NCBI GenBank assembly: GCA_030704615.1
Contig: CM060731.1
Span: 62,682,001-62,746,000, forward strand
Reading direction: 5' to 3'
Length of the DNA: 64,000 nt
Origin: Takakia lepidozioides
Lineage: Eukaryota; Plantae; Bryophyta
Part shown: positions 22,939 to 35,262 of the stretch, one piece after another
Layout: every line of letters starts with the position of its first letter
How positions within the stretch are numbered: position 1 is the stretch's first letter
Made by a program: the position numbers and the translations under genes
The notes under the pieces: model-generated
Told to the model about the DNA's origin: nothing
Seen by the model: only the letters and a program-made list of their open reading frames with translations
Databases searched by the model: none

Positions 22939-25900
22939 CGGAAGGGGAGTGAAGCTGCAGCAAAGCACTCACAGCCACCACACAATGCCAACCAACACCA
23001 ACCTTGGCACCCACCCCCTGCCGCATGGTCTCCACAACAGAGTGCACCATGGGGAGCCCCCCCTGCTTCGGGGTCGTGGCGCTGGCTTCCTGATGCTGGC
23101 ACGTCACAATGGGGGCCTCCCACATCTCCATACGGCCCTCCCCCCTCCGGCACACATCAGTCACCCCCCACAACGTATGACGGCGCTGCTCCAGAGCATG
23201 GGGGCAGGAAACGGACATCAGAGCTGAGGAAGGAACGACGCCATGCCATGAAACAATGGGAAGGAGATGGAGAGGGAAGGGTGGCTGCAGGGCTAAAGCG
23301 CCACAAGGTGGAGGTGCATGGAAATGGAGTCATCAATGTTGGCTGCGAAGGTAAGGAACACTGGCAGCGTGATTTGCGTGGCCTGGCATTGCGTTACCTT
23401 GACTCAAGCGTACAAGACATTGACCAGCAGTCCCAGAGTGCCATGTCAACAGTAATAGAGGGCATAAATGGAATGTACGAGTACAGACCTATCCCTGCCA
23501 ATCGTGATTTTATAGTGAAGCAATGTGGGAAGATAATGAAAGGAGAAAGAGCAAAACTGAAAGATAAATGGGCAAAGACTGGTGTGAGGCCAATGAACAC
23601 TGAACCCGCCTATTGGGATAAGCTTGTTGCCTACTGGGAGTCCCCTCGTGGACTTGCAAAGGCTGAAGGGATGAAGCAAGCGCGTGCTTGTGTCACGAAC
23701 CCCTCGCGTTGGGGCCGGGCAGGAGTTGCAGGCCAAGCAGCCCGTTTGGTAATCTCCTCACCCCCTTCTCATTGCTCCTACGTTGTGGCATGTTCTGATG
23801 GAAGAGACACCCACGAGTGGGTTTTATTGCTTGTGCAGAATTAGTTGTTATGTGATATGCAGGGCAGTGCTTTGTCCATATGCTCCTGGCATTTTGTACT
23901 GACAGTGTGTGGATGGGCAAATACAGAAAAGACGCAAAGCGCGGAGCCCGTCACTGTCCGAGCTCGGGGCGGAGCAAAAGAACTATGCGACTGGCACCCC
24001 ATCAGAGTCTGTTTTGAGCCAGGTATGTTTTGAAGTCCGGTTTCCATTCATGAATCTGTTGTTGTACTAAGATTTGGTGGGTATGTGGGGCCCCCACGCA
24101 TGGTACACGAGGGGTGTTATGCCAAACCCAGCCATCTCCGAATGCCTGAAATCCTGCACATTCGGCCTCTTCTTCTGGTTTTTAACAGTACGGGTGGGTG
24201 TTTGTATGCGTAGGGAGCGGGGAACTCAATGGCAGCCCGCATCGGGGCCCTGGAGAGGCTTGCGGCTCTCTCTGCGGAGCGGGAGAGGGGAATGGAAGCA
24301 CAACTGAAGAAGATAGTGGAACTCATGATGAGGCAAAAAGGGGGTGTGACGGGTGGCATTATGGAAGACCCCCCTGCTGCGACCATTGTACCTGAGAAGG
24401 AGGAAGTAATTGTAGTGGGTAGGGATGTGACAGAGGTCCAGCCTGTTGTTGATGATATTCACAGTGGGGGGCAGGGTCCACTCGTTGAAGAGGGAGAGGT
24501 CCAGCGAGTTGGTGGGGATGACATGGACGATGGGGGGGTCATTGCTCATTCTATCAAGGGAAAAGGGGAAGCTGTAGGGGGAGAGGGTGGTAGTTTGCCT
24601 GGTCCAGGCTGCAGGGGGACCGAAACTTTGCCCTCCGGGGTGACTGTTGTCTCCCAACCCACTGAGGTGAGACCCCGTGACACCCCTTCAAAAGCTCCTT
24701 TCATAGAAAAGTCGAAACTAATTGTTCTAGACCTGAACGGGATCCTGTGCCACTCTATTCCTAACTTTCAGCCCAACCCGAGGCGTCATTGGCCATGGGT
24801 GTTGACCACCAACAAGTATGTTTTCCCAAGGCCCCAGGTCTGCGAGTTTTTAAACCTTCTCTTCCGGCATTTCTACGTTGGGATATGGTCCTGTGCTTCC
24901 AAGGGGAATGTTGCAGACATCTTCAAAGTGGTGATGCAGGGGGTCAAGGGTTCTCCCCTCTTTGTGTGGTCACAAGAGGAGTGTGACCCCTTGACAGAGC
25001 CACACCCCACAAAAGGGCCTGCCGTACAGAACTTACAGAAGAGACTGTCGAGGGTGTGGTCGGAATTTTCTGGATTTAACGAATCCAACACCCTCCTAGT
25101 GGATGATTCACCACACAAGGGGAGGGGGAACTCCCCTTTGAACATGGTCCATCCATTGTCGTTTGATGTCACTAGCAATGTCAGTGAGGGGCCCGATTCA
25201 GAGTACCTTTTAGAAACAGTCTGGCCCTACTGCCAAGATTTGTTTTGCTCCAAGGATGTGCGTGTCTTCACAAGCACGCGGAAGCTGACCCCGACTGGCA
25301 GCTTGAATGTGGGAGAGGATGGGGTCGTTGGGGGAAGTACTTCTGCGCCCATGCAGGTGAAACTAACCTTACTGTTTGCAACATGACATCGAACCCAAAA
25401 GATATGTTTGTTTTGTTCCCCCCGGATGCCCTCTCACGCAAGGCTGGCACTATATGTTTTGCAGGGACCACATGTACAGGGAGTGGCAGTGGGGTCGTCT
25501 GTGAAGAAGGTGGGTCCTGCGCCAAGGACCATAGTGCTACGGCGGCAGCATTCCGGATTCCCCCCCGGCATGAGGAGGCAGGCTCCAAGGTATGGTTGTT
25601 CCCAGCCCCTCTCCGCAAACTTACTTGGTTGGTTTCCTTTATGGATACACTTCCTGAAGCGTTGCAATGTGTATTCATTGCAGGTGAGCAAGAGGAGTGG
25701 GCTGTCCCCGGCACCATCATCGCAGCAGGACGTGGTTCCCCAGGCATGCATTCATGGCTCCTTGCTTTGCCTGGCTGGTTTTTAGTAGGGTTATTTTTGC
25801 CAGGAGGTTGTAGTGTGCACGGTCTGAGCAGGGTGTAAGTTAGCTTGCTCCGTGGAGGTGTGTTTATACCATTGCAACCACCAGAGTTCATGTTATTCTT

Positions 25901-26414
25901 ATCCGTCTGACTAAACCTCTTTTTGCTGCTGCAGTTGAAGACACGTGGGCAGCTTTCCTCAGTTGCCACCCTCAGCGACGAGCTTCGCTTCAAGGTAGGT
26001 TGGTACACCATGAATTTGCTGCTGATTCAGTATTGTGGCAACCAAGATCGTTTCCATGCCCAGCTGCGCTTGACTTTCACCCTGTCATTGCTATGTTTGT
26101 TGCTGAGTGGACCCTGATGTTGGTGTCTGCAGATATCAGATCCTGTGTTTCTCCTGAACCCCCATGACAAGCGGTCAAAGACAGCCGCCGCCAAGGCGGA
26201 AGTGGTGGGAATAGCCGGGGTTGACAAGTTCCACTGCAAGGACATTCCATCCGGGTGGTACAAGGTGAAAGTCCACGAGATCATGCTTCCAAGTGTTACA
26301 CTGCCTTGCCCAAATGTGGACGATGCCCCCCCCCAGACCACACTAGCGCACGTGAAAGGCACGGTGACTCTGTGGCCAGAGAAGAGTATGAGGAGGGGTG
26401 AAGGTATCAAGTGA
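22939..26414 (+). CDS. CACTA TnpA-like multi-exon gene with an internal FCP1/NIF (HAD) phosphatase domain
   Basis: Inferred exons: 22939-23748 (Ptta/En/Spm-like WDKLVAYWES..ARA..PSRWGRAG), 23906-24022, 24214-25356 (KLIVLDLNGIL..RP..EFL..VGIWS..NTLLVDDSPHK), small exons 25465-25589, ~25684-25743, ~25935-25994, and ~26133-26414 (KFHCKDIPSGWYKVKV..LPCP..VTLWP). Start exon not identified; probable 1-bp indel in the C run at ~25560. Confidence 0.78.
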
Positions 26415-27545
26415 CATTTCATGTTTGTAGTCCCTGTTGGGTGTGTAATGATACTCATAGAAGTGTGTATGATACTCACGTTACCAGTTTTGTACATTTG
26501 GGCCATGACAGTTTAAGTGATGTCCGGCAACCATGTATGTTGGCATTTAGTCTTGCTCATATGCAGGTGTGCCGTGACGGTCTCCAATTTGAATGCAATA
26601 TTCCATTTCCTGACTTGTCGTCGTGTCCGTCCACCTTCTATGTGTATGTGTGATGGTCTTTGGTCTCCCTGTTGCCTCGTCTATTTGGTTCATTAGCGTG
26701 ATGTTGTGCATGCATCGTGGTCTGTGTTCTGAGTGTCGCCCAGTATCATTGCTTCTCAATTCCCCCTGCATATGGGTGAACCACTAAAACCAGTAGAATG
26801 CATCAGAACCATATTTTCAGCTTAGAATGCAAGTCAGTTGGACAACTCACACAAACCACTACAAGTGCTCATTTGCAGTGCTTTCCTACTGTAGTGCAAC
26901 CAACTAGCATAGTGGCAGCGGAGTTGGCCAAAGCAGTCCCGAGATGGCACAAGCACTCTGCGTCTTTCCACTAGCAGTCGTACCCCTCACTGCCATTGCG
27001 TGGGGACGACGCCACGCGTCGACCCACACACTCTCCACGTGGTCCCCGTGGATTCGTCTGCCGGCAGTTGTGCAGTCGACTTCGCCAGTGGCTGTTGCCA
27101 CGTGACATGCAGCACTCCAAGTTATGTGGCCGACTGCGATGTGGCGTCTTGAGCCCGTGGCCACGCGGCGGCATTACCGCTCGTCGCGGCGCCGCCACAT
27201 CGGCATCCACGTCCGCATCCACGTCCGCGTCCATGTGTCACCGCGCCCCGGGTGAGTCAGTCCACTCATCCGGAGGGAAAAGTCAAAGTCAGCTCAAAAC
27301 ATCAGACACACGGGCGGCCCGCCTGGTTACGCCACGTGGTTCTTCAGCATTAATCGCATTAATCGCTGAGCAGTTGTTCGCGCGTCTACGTCCTTTACCA
27401 CTCCAATCATTGGATGTCCAACCCAACTACCACGTCTGTTGTAACTGGTCTGTTGTAACTTCCAGTCGATCCCTGTTTTTTGACTTTTACGACTCAAAAT
27501 GAGTCGTTACCCCAGTGGTAAATGACACGAATGCTTCTAGTGAGC

Positions 27546-27698
27546 CTGACACAGCTTGTCACAGCCTTACACAGCCTTACACAGCCTATCACAGCCTATC
27601 ACAATCAGTCACAGCCCGACATAGCCCGACACAGCCAGTTACAGCTCGGCACAGTCACAGCCCATCACAGCTTGGCACAGCCCGTCACAGCGTTCACA
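27546..27698 (+). repeat. ~10-bp CACAGC tandem repeat, right half of the split array
   Basis: Repeats of (C)ACAGCCTTA / ACAGCCTATC / ACAGCCCG continuing the 12136-12213 array. Confidence 0.85.
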
Positions 27699-28299
27699 GG
27701 GAATGGTTATCATTGGCAGAGAACAACTATGTGGGAACGACATCTGCAGAGGGAACGTGCGTTCTGTCTTGGATGACAGTTAGTTAGTTAGGCGGTTAGA
27801 ACAGCTTGTAGGTAGAATAGACAGAGTAACGACATGGACAGGGTCACTTCTGAGATCACTTCTTGGACGTCACTGGGAAGATCACGGCTTGGACATGGTT
27901 TCTGGCATCATGGTGGAGAGCACAATCTTGGAGCACAGGGATGGAGATTACATAGAGGAGGAGATACGGTGAGATGATGCTTGATTCATGCAAGCTGTAG
28001 AGATGCACTATAAAGCAAATTAGAGACGCCATGGCTTCGGCCTAATACATGATAGATATTAATATGATTCATATTTCATATTCACACCGTGTAGAGAGAT
28101 ATGAGTGAAGCTGTGGAATTAATGCTTGAGTAGTTGGAACATGGTAAATTGCAAAGCAATCTGATACTTGAAAGAAATCCATGCATATATGAGAGATACT
28201 ACAGAAGAGAGTTTTGGTTATTGCCTCATTAAGGATATGAAAGACATGGGACATGAGTGATGAAATGGAAGCTAGACTCCACAGATATTCAGCGAAAAG

Positions 28300-30170
28300 A
28301 TAAAGTTATTTGAAAGTTAATTATGCATATCTCTGGGAGAGAGGAATAGACATAAGGGAATCATCTGGATCTCTCACTCCATTAAGGCCAGAGAGTACAT
28401 CACCCATACCGGAAGAACCAGAGTTGGATGCCACTCATTCTTATTCTTTACAAGAAAGATTAAGGGATTTGGTACAGGAAGAAGATCAGCCATGAGGGGA
28501 AAGATCTGAGGTACATCCTTGGTTAAAGATTTGACAGAAATCTTTGATTAGAGTTGGCATGGAACACCAAGAGCAGGAACTCCAGTTTTTGAGACAGAAG
28601 ACAAAGAAGGAGAGGAAGATGTGACAGAGCCAACGGAGAGTTCAGACTCTCCAACACCACTGCAGTTGAGTTATATGAGTGAGGAAGAAGAAATCCAAGA
28701 GAAGAACTTGGAAGATGAAAACAGAGAGAAGAATTTGGAAGATAAAGAGTATGAAGAAGTAGACCCAACAGTTGACTAAAACCAAGACATCCGAACCTGT
28801 TGGACCTAGATCAAGTGGAGTACTTGGATCATAGGCCAACAAAGGTGTCGACTCAGGGGGATCAGGCAGGCAGCTTGGATCTGGCTCTGGGGGACAGGTA
28901 GTGTGGGAAGTAGTGCAACTGGAGCTGGGGGTACTACAAGTACAGGGGGGCCAATAGCAGGGAGTGCTCAGGGGCCAACACCTGGTGGAAGTTCCACCAC
29001 TACTACAGCAGGTCCTCAAGGACTAACACCTACAGGAGGACCAGCACCTGTCAAAGGGCAGGGTGTAGGGCCACAGATGGCGGTATCTCCAACACGGGCA
29101 AAGCTATCTTTTCCAATATATGCAGGAAAAGGGGATCCTGATGTATACATCAGCCAATTTGAGCACATGTGTATTGTGAACAATGAGAATGACGATGGTG
29201 CCAAAATGAGACTATTTCCTTATTCACTTATCAAGAAAACAAGTGAATGGTATGTAAGGTTTCCTAATAATCATTTCCTAAGATGGAATGGCCTTAGTAC
29301 AACATTCCAAAACACGTTCAGGATAAGCAAAACTGAGGATGAAGTGTATGGGAGTTTACAACAGTTAAGGCAAAAGTAGCATGAAACTGTTGAAGAATAT
29401 ATGGAGAAAATGGAGTTAATGATGAAAAAGCTGGCTGCTGTACCAGCACCATGATTATAGAAGACTTGGTTTGTGAGTGGACTAAGACCGGAATTATAAA
29501 AGAAAGTGGATATGCTACCCCATAATACAGTGGAGGAGGCATTCGAAACAGCCAACAAAATTGAGCAACTGGGAATGCTCAAGAGAGATAAGAGGGAGGA
29601 TGATGACTCCGAAGATGAGTCAGATGAGGAAGAAGAGAAAGAGCTCAGGAGGAAGAGCAAGAAGAAGGAAAAGTTGAAGAGGGACAACTATGAAAAAAGA
29701 TTGGAAGAAATCTTGAAAAAGTATGCCACAGAGGCTGCAACACATTGGAGGAAGGGTGTTTGGTGTGCAAAATGCCAGAATGAAGGTTATACCACAGCTG
29801 AATGCCACATGAAGGAGAAACATTGTACTATCTGTAAAATGGATAACCATTCTACTGAGAATTGTTATTACAACAGAAGGACAGCTGCAAGAGAACCTAG
29901 GCAAGTGAGGGTGCATCAAGTGCAACCACAGCCAAGAAGAAACAATGACCAGGACCACTATGGTAGGCCTGGTGGGTATAACAATGGTGTGGCAAAAAGA
30001 TGTAATCCAAGAGGGAATTACCAGCCAAAGAATCAGGATTATAGAAATAATCCCAAAATAGACCAAGGGCAACGACACAATGGTGAAGAACTGTGTTACT
30101 ATTGTAACCAGGCAGGACATCGCAAAGCAGCCTGTCCATTCTGGATGAGACACCAGAATGAGAGACTTTC
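28300..30170 (+). pseudogene. Degenerate LTR-retrotransposon gag with three zinc knuckles
   Basis: FPIYAGKGDPDVYISQFE..LFPYSL..EWY..LQQLRQK*HETVEEY..FVSGLRPEL; CAKCQNEGYTTAEC, CTICKMDNHSTENC, CYYCNQAGHRKAAC. Several in-frame stops; no pol follows. Confidence 0.85.
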
Positions 30171-30639
30171 TCTCGGCCTTCACACGCTTAAACAGAGACG
30201 GTGGATACCTCTCTCTTGCAGTAGTCCATATTCCAATGTATGAGAATCGCAACATTATGTGCAGTCGGGCAGAAGCATTGTCTTCAAACAATTCTCTGTC
30301 CCGACATCATAACTCGACATCTCTCAATGTGGCTCGCAAGAACCCCGTTACTCATCAAATCTTTGGCAATGACAAGGTGATGAGTGTCTTCTTCCACATC
30401 ATAAGCCTCCTAATTTATCCTTCCTTCTGGGATTACAAGCTCGTAAAGTATTACGACTCCAAATACATATCATCTCTATTCATTTGGCATATTGTCATTA
30501 GAATCATACCATGTATTGCTTTGATGAGAATGTATCAGTAAGGAAGGTTGTCTCATTTGTCACATCTGTCTTTCTCGCGTCTAGCAAGTTCCGCATTTTG
30601 CAGTGGCCTCTAGTACAAGAGAAAATAACATTAAAAGAG

Positions 30640-31670
30640 GGAAACGGGGAGGCTAGGCCTCGGGAGGAAGAGATAAAGGTTTAGAACGGAGCATGAAAAA
30701 GACCTCCACAACAGAGGGATCGGGAGGCTGGGATTAGGAGGATTTTGGAGGGAGATTTCAATATGGAGAGAAAAGATAGATTTAGGGGAGATTATCAAGG
30801 AATTTCGGACTTCGAAATGAACTTTTGGGCTGCCTTTTGTATGTCTGTGGGGCTGTTGGATGCTTCGGCTCCAGGACTTGGGGAGTTGTGATATACTTCG
30901 TTAAATAACTGTGACCAACCCGCTTTACGTCTAGCACGTCTGGACATGTTTTATTGCTCTTCAGCCTTACTTAACTGGTCTAAATGCATCCCTCTAAGTC
31001 CAATCTTCCCGGATTTTGATCAGTTGCCGTGGAGATTGAATTAGTGCTAGGGTTAGGGGGAGAGGATATGGTAAGCTTAACCCCGCTATCTTGAAGGACG
31101 AGGTAGTTCTTCAGTCTCTAAAGATGCTTGGAAATCAGCAGCGGATCATTATCAATCTCCCACTCTGAAGTTTTTGTCTAAATTCCTAACTATCAGAAAA
31201 CTCTATCAATAGTTATCTCGAAACAAATCTACATATTCGACCTGTCGGAAGACAGTTATTTGATAAATTTGCCCCTTCTCACCTCAAGGATGAGGCTAGC
31301 TGGAGAGCCTTCATTCACAATATCCCTTGTTCTTTATCCTCCTTTGATAAAGATTATGGTGTCTCATTTTATGATGGAAGAAGTAGGGATGGCAGTCGAA
31401 GCACTGGTGCCTATGAAAACCCCAAGACTGGACGGTATGCCAGTGGAGTTTTCTAAAGCCCTTTGGCTCACCATCGGAGAGGAATTCCTCCTTATGGGCA
31501 ATGATATCTTAAGCAAGAAAATTATGTATTTGCAAAATTCGGAAGGACTTTTCACTCTAATGTATCTTTAAAAAATAAAATGATATGGACAATATTTCAA
31601 ACTATTGTCCAATCACCCTGTTGAACTCTATCTACAAAATCATAGCAAAGGCACTGACTTTAAGGTTGCA
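30640..31670 (+). mobile_element. Decayed L1-type LINE (endonuclease and RT N-terminus remnants)
   Basis: ILEGDFNM, LARLDMFY, KTPRLDGMPVEF, NYCPITLLNSIYKIIAKALTLRL, with many stops and deletions. Confidence 0.75.
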
Positions 31671-31794
31671 TCGAGAGGCCAAGAGGCTTACTGTGGGGAT
31701 ACCCAAACAACAAGCAAAACTGAAGAGTTTGATAGTGGGGATATCACCCTGTGAAGAAGCAGTAAGCAAAATGAAGAGTAGAAAGAGCATTAAG

Positions 31795-32520
31795 TGTCGC
31801 GGCCCTTTGCCTTGAGGGCAGGGGGTCGGGACACAAAAGGGGCTGCCCCTGTGGTGGGGGCAGTAGCAACAATAGGTACGGGGGCTGAAGCACCCTTGAG
31901 TGCCTTGGCTCAAGGAGGCGGAGGCGCTCACTAGGTGGAGTTCCACACACCGGGTTGCGGTGGGGGTGGTTCCACGAGGGGTGGTGGTAGCTTAGTGGGT
32001 CTTAATGGGGGTGGCGTAGGACTCACCAAGGGGCGGAGACCTTGTGGTGGGAGTCGTGGGGAGTCTTGGGACTCATCACGGTCCATTGGGGCCATGGTGG
32101 GTGGGCCAAGACTCACCGCGACTCATCACCGCGAGTCAAGGGTCTTCGTGGTGGTTCGCCATAAAATGACTGGGTTGTTTGTGAAACCCCCGTGGACAGT
32201 CGCAGAAGTATATATAGGGAGTAGTAACCCCGAGAACGGTGCAAGCCCGTTGGTGACCAAAAACTAGTGAGTAAGCGTGCGAGCCGGAAAGCGACCAAGG
32301 TGTGGGGAGCTGTTCCGGACTGCCGACAACCAAAGGGAATTTTTGCTAGGCCCAAAGTGAGCGAGGGTCTTGTGGAAGAGCGAAGGGGAGCGTACCGTTA
32401 TGCCCCGGTGAGCAACCGAAGCTCCGAGTTGGTCTGGCGGCCAGTTTGGGAGTTAGGCGCGCGCATCAAAGCGAGTAACTATGACTTGAAGGGGAGCTTA
32501 CCGAAGTGAGGTACGCGACA
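31795..32520 (+). mobile_element. Solo LTR (726 bp) of the same chromovirus family
   Basis: TGTCGC...GCGACA termini. Flanked by TTAAG / CTAAG (5-bp TSD with one mismatch). No PBS or internal sequence adjacent. Confidence 0.92.
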
Positions 32521-33399
32521 CTAAGAGTAGGGAGCCACTGTAGACGCTGAGAATGATGATGGGATGCATATCGCTTAGATGAGTGAGAAGACATGACTAC
32601 TTTAACTGTTTGCAGCTATAGAGGTAAAACTAAATTATGAAGATGAAGATGGAGTTCTAAAATTTGAGCTAAGTCTTGAGCTTCTGGTCACGAGCACGTT
32701 GGTGACGCCAATTACAATCACCCTCCTCACTTTATGTATGGGATTTCCCATTGCATGGGAATGGCGTCTTTCCAATGGACATGTATGTTCGAAATATGGG
32801 TGCCGACCAAGCTGCCCTTGCCCTAGGTGATGTTGAATACCTAGTACAGTTGCCCCTTATGCCGATCTGAAGCTCTGGGAAGAATTGCACATAGGGAAGC
32901 CTATGTTTTTTTTTCCCTCAATCATCAGATGAAAATATATGTTTAACTACAAAGATCTGATGCTGGGGATTTAGTACCCACATAGACCCAAGAACATCTT
33001 GATTTCCACAAATTCAAGAGTGTGTGAGCTCTCAAGCATGACCACTAATCATGACACATCCAGTTTGGTAGTTCAGTAGAGAGAGAGAGGAGAGAGGAGA
33101 AAAAGGTAAAATTTGACAATTTTAGAGTAGAGTTTGTTATGCCACATCGTGTAGAGAGGGCTATTTGAATCCATTGAACGGTTAAGATGAAGGATTCTAT
33201 GGGCAGTTTTGCAAAGGGAAGCAGAAATCTTAGCGGAGCGATATTTTCTCCAAATGTCTTTCCAAATCTGTTTTTAAGCCTCCTAGTTTTGAAAACTGTC
33301 CCGCCATCTGTGCTGCCATCTATGCAAGAACGATTCTTTGGGACATTTGGACAAGTAACCCAGCTTGACAGAACAAGCCAAGAATGGGGATCTACCCCG

Positions 33400-35262
33400 A
33401 TCCATCAATGACTATTCCCCTGGGTCAAATTGCAGAGCTGCCAAGGGGTGTGATAGGAACCATTGGAAGTTGGCGTGCGAGGCCATTGCATCTCGTGTTC
33501 TTGCAGAGGCACATGATTGGCCCTACCTTTCCCATCTATGACCTGAATAGGAACTAGCGTCTTTATGTCTACTTTGTCCATCCCCTTCATGTTTAAGTTG
33601 CCGAAGATATCAGACATGAAATTAATACCAAATGTTGTAGTATCCTGAATAGAAAGGACAAATATAGCAGTGGGTGGAGCGGAATGAGTGCACCCCATGC
33701 AGACTGACAAGGTCTGTGGGTCATTTTATCCTGCAGCAGTGGTAAGAAATAGGGTGGGATTTGTTCTAGTACGATGGTCTGCCAATAACGACGTCTTCTG
33801 AGGCCTACCAAGGAAGAAACTAGTGGAGTTGAGAGGAAGTCTCCTTGCTCCTAGTTATTAGCCATGTGAATGAGCCCAACACTCTCCCAACCTGCCCATT
33901 TTGATTTTAGTGCCAGCAAGACCTCCGAGTCCATGTTGTAATTCGTGAATATCGGTTGCCTAAAGCACTCAGCAAAATTTGTTGGTATTCTCTGAGTGAG
34001 GGCCGTATGCATCAAACTCCATGATTTCCAAATTGATGGCCAGGGTCGTGAGAGCCCATGATGCACGCTTCTTTACCTTCCCCTTGCACAATCCATCTGA
34101 GCGAGGTAGACCACAGGGGTGATGATCGCAATATAGTGCCAACGAGGTATGGGTGAATTAACATGCCCCAAAGGCTATGAACATTTTGTAAAGCTCTTGG
34201 GATCCATTTTGCCAATAAGCCCTTGGTTTTGGGGATGAGGAGGTGGCGCCCCACAGGAAATTCCTCATCAAGACTGATTTTTTTGATTAGTCCAAAATCC
34301 GGTGCCCAGACCATAGCAAAAAACCATGTCAAGGCAAACAACACCTGATTGAGTACTAATGCCTTTCCAGCCGGTGATAGCATGGATGAGCTCCAAAAAG
34401 CTTGCTAGTATTTATGTTTAAGCTTTTGTAGGACTCCTTCAAACCTTTGATCATCAGTGAGGTCGAGGCCTACTTGATAACCCAGTAAGGTGTGGGTTGA
34501 CCGTCTGCCAACCATCTGAGGCCGAATTCTTTTCCCCATGGTTGACAATGCCTATTGCAAGTGTTGAGCTGAAGGCCCATTGATTTTGTCCAGTTGATCT
34601 TTAATCCTGAGGCTAGACAATACATGTAAGGCTTGCAAATAGCTCGATTAATGCTGTTTTCCTCAACGTTGTCCAACAACAACATTGTATCATCTGCATA
34701 CATTGAGAGATTAACCATGTCTGGAAGAGCAGGGTGAGTAGGAAAAATATGAAGGTATATAATGTCGTCTCTGACTTGTAGAAGGTGCCCTAGACTATTT
34801 GTAGCTATTAGAACTCGTATTAGAACTAAGAAGGGACCTAACGGACAACCTTGACAAATAGAATGTGGTAGAGGAAAGATTCCAAAATCGTGCCGTTCAC
34901 CATAACCTTGCTCGAAGCTGATGACAACAGGATTTGAATCCAAGAGAGGAAGGGACCATTGAGCCCATCTTTTGACAACGCTCTACCCCTGGTCCCTGGT
35001 GTCCCCTGGACACCCGCATTATTTATAGGGCCCACCCCCCAAAGAGGGCAGTAGCCGCAAGGCAAAGTGGCTCTTAGTTACGCCGGCCTCGGCCGGAGTC
35101 TTGTCTCTCTCTCTTCTCTCTGACAACGTTTGTAGCAGAAACTCCCAGTCAATGGAGTCAAATGACTTTCCGAAATCAAGCATAAGAAAAGCCAGTGGCT
35201 GGTTGTTTTGAGTGGCCCTATGTAGTGCCTCATAAGCCAACAAGATATTGTCCAAAATCATA
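33400..35262 (-). mobile_element. Decayed L1-type LINE RT remnant
   Basis: ILDNILLAYEAL..LDFGKSFDSIDWEFL, QGCPLGPFL, SMYADDTMLLL, SGLKINWTKS, LSPAGKALVLNQVL. Left boundary approximate. Confidence 0.82.
34981..35120 (+). mobile_element. 140-bp SINE-like/retroposed insertion with (TC)n tail inside the L1 remnant
   Basis: 8-bp direct repeat TGACAACG at 34973-34980 and 35121-35128. Interrupts the RT reading. Confidence 0.65.

Larger units (their letters stand above)
12214..27542. mobile_element. Complete CACTA (En/Spm) DNA transposon, 15,329 bp
   Basis: Perfect 19-bp TIR CACTAGAAGCATTCGTGTC at 12214-12232 and inverted at 27524-27542. 3-bp TSD AGC at 12211-12213 and 27543-27545. Contains TnpD- and TnpA-like genes. 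Confidence 0.96.

Noticed and set aside
27903-27916. TGGCATCATGG as PBS of the decayed gag element
   Set aside because: Not preceded by a CA LTR end, and I cannot match it confidently to a tRNA 3' end.
4872-32520. The two LTRs as ends of one giant element
   Set aside because: They are in opposite orientations and diverged, and the second has its own TSD.
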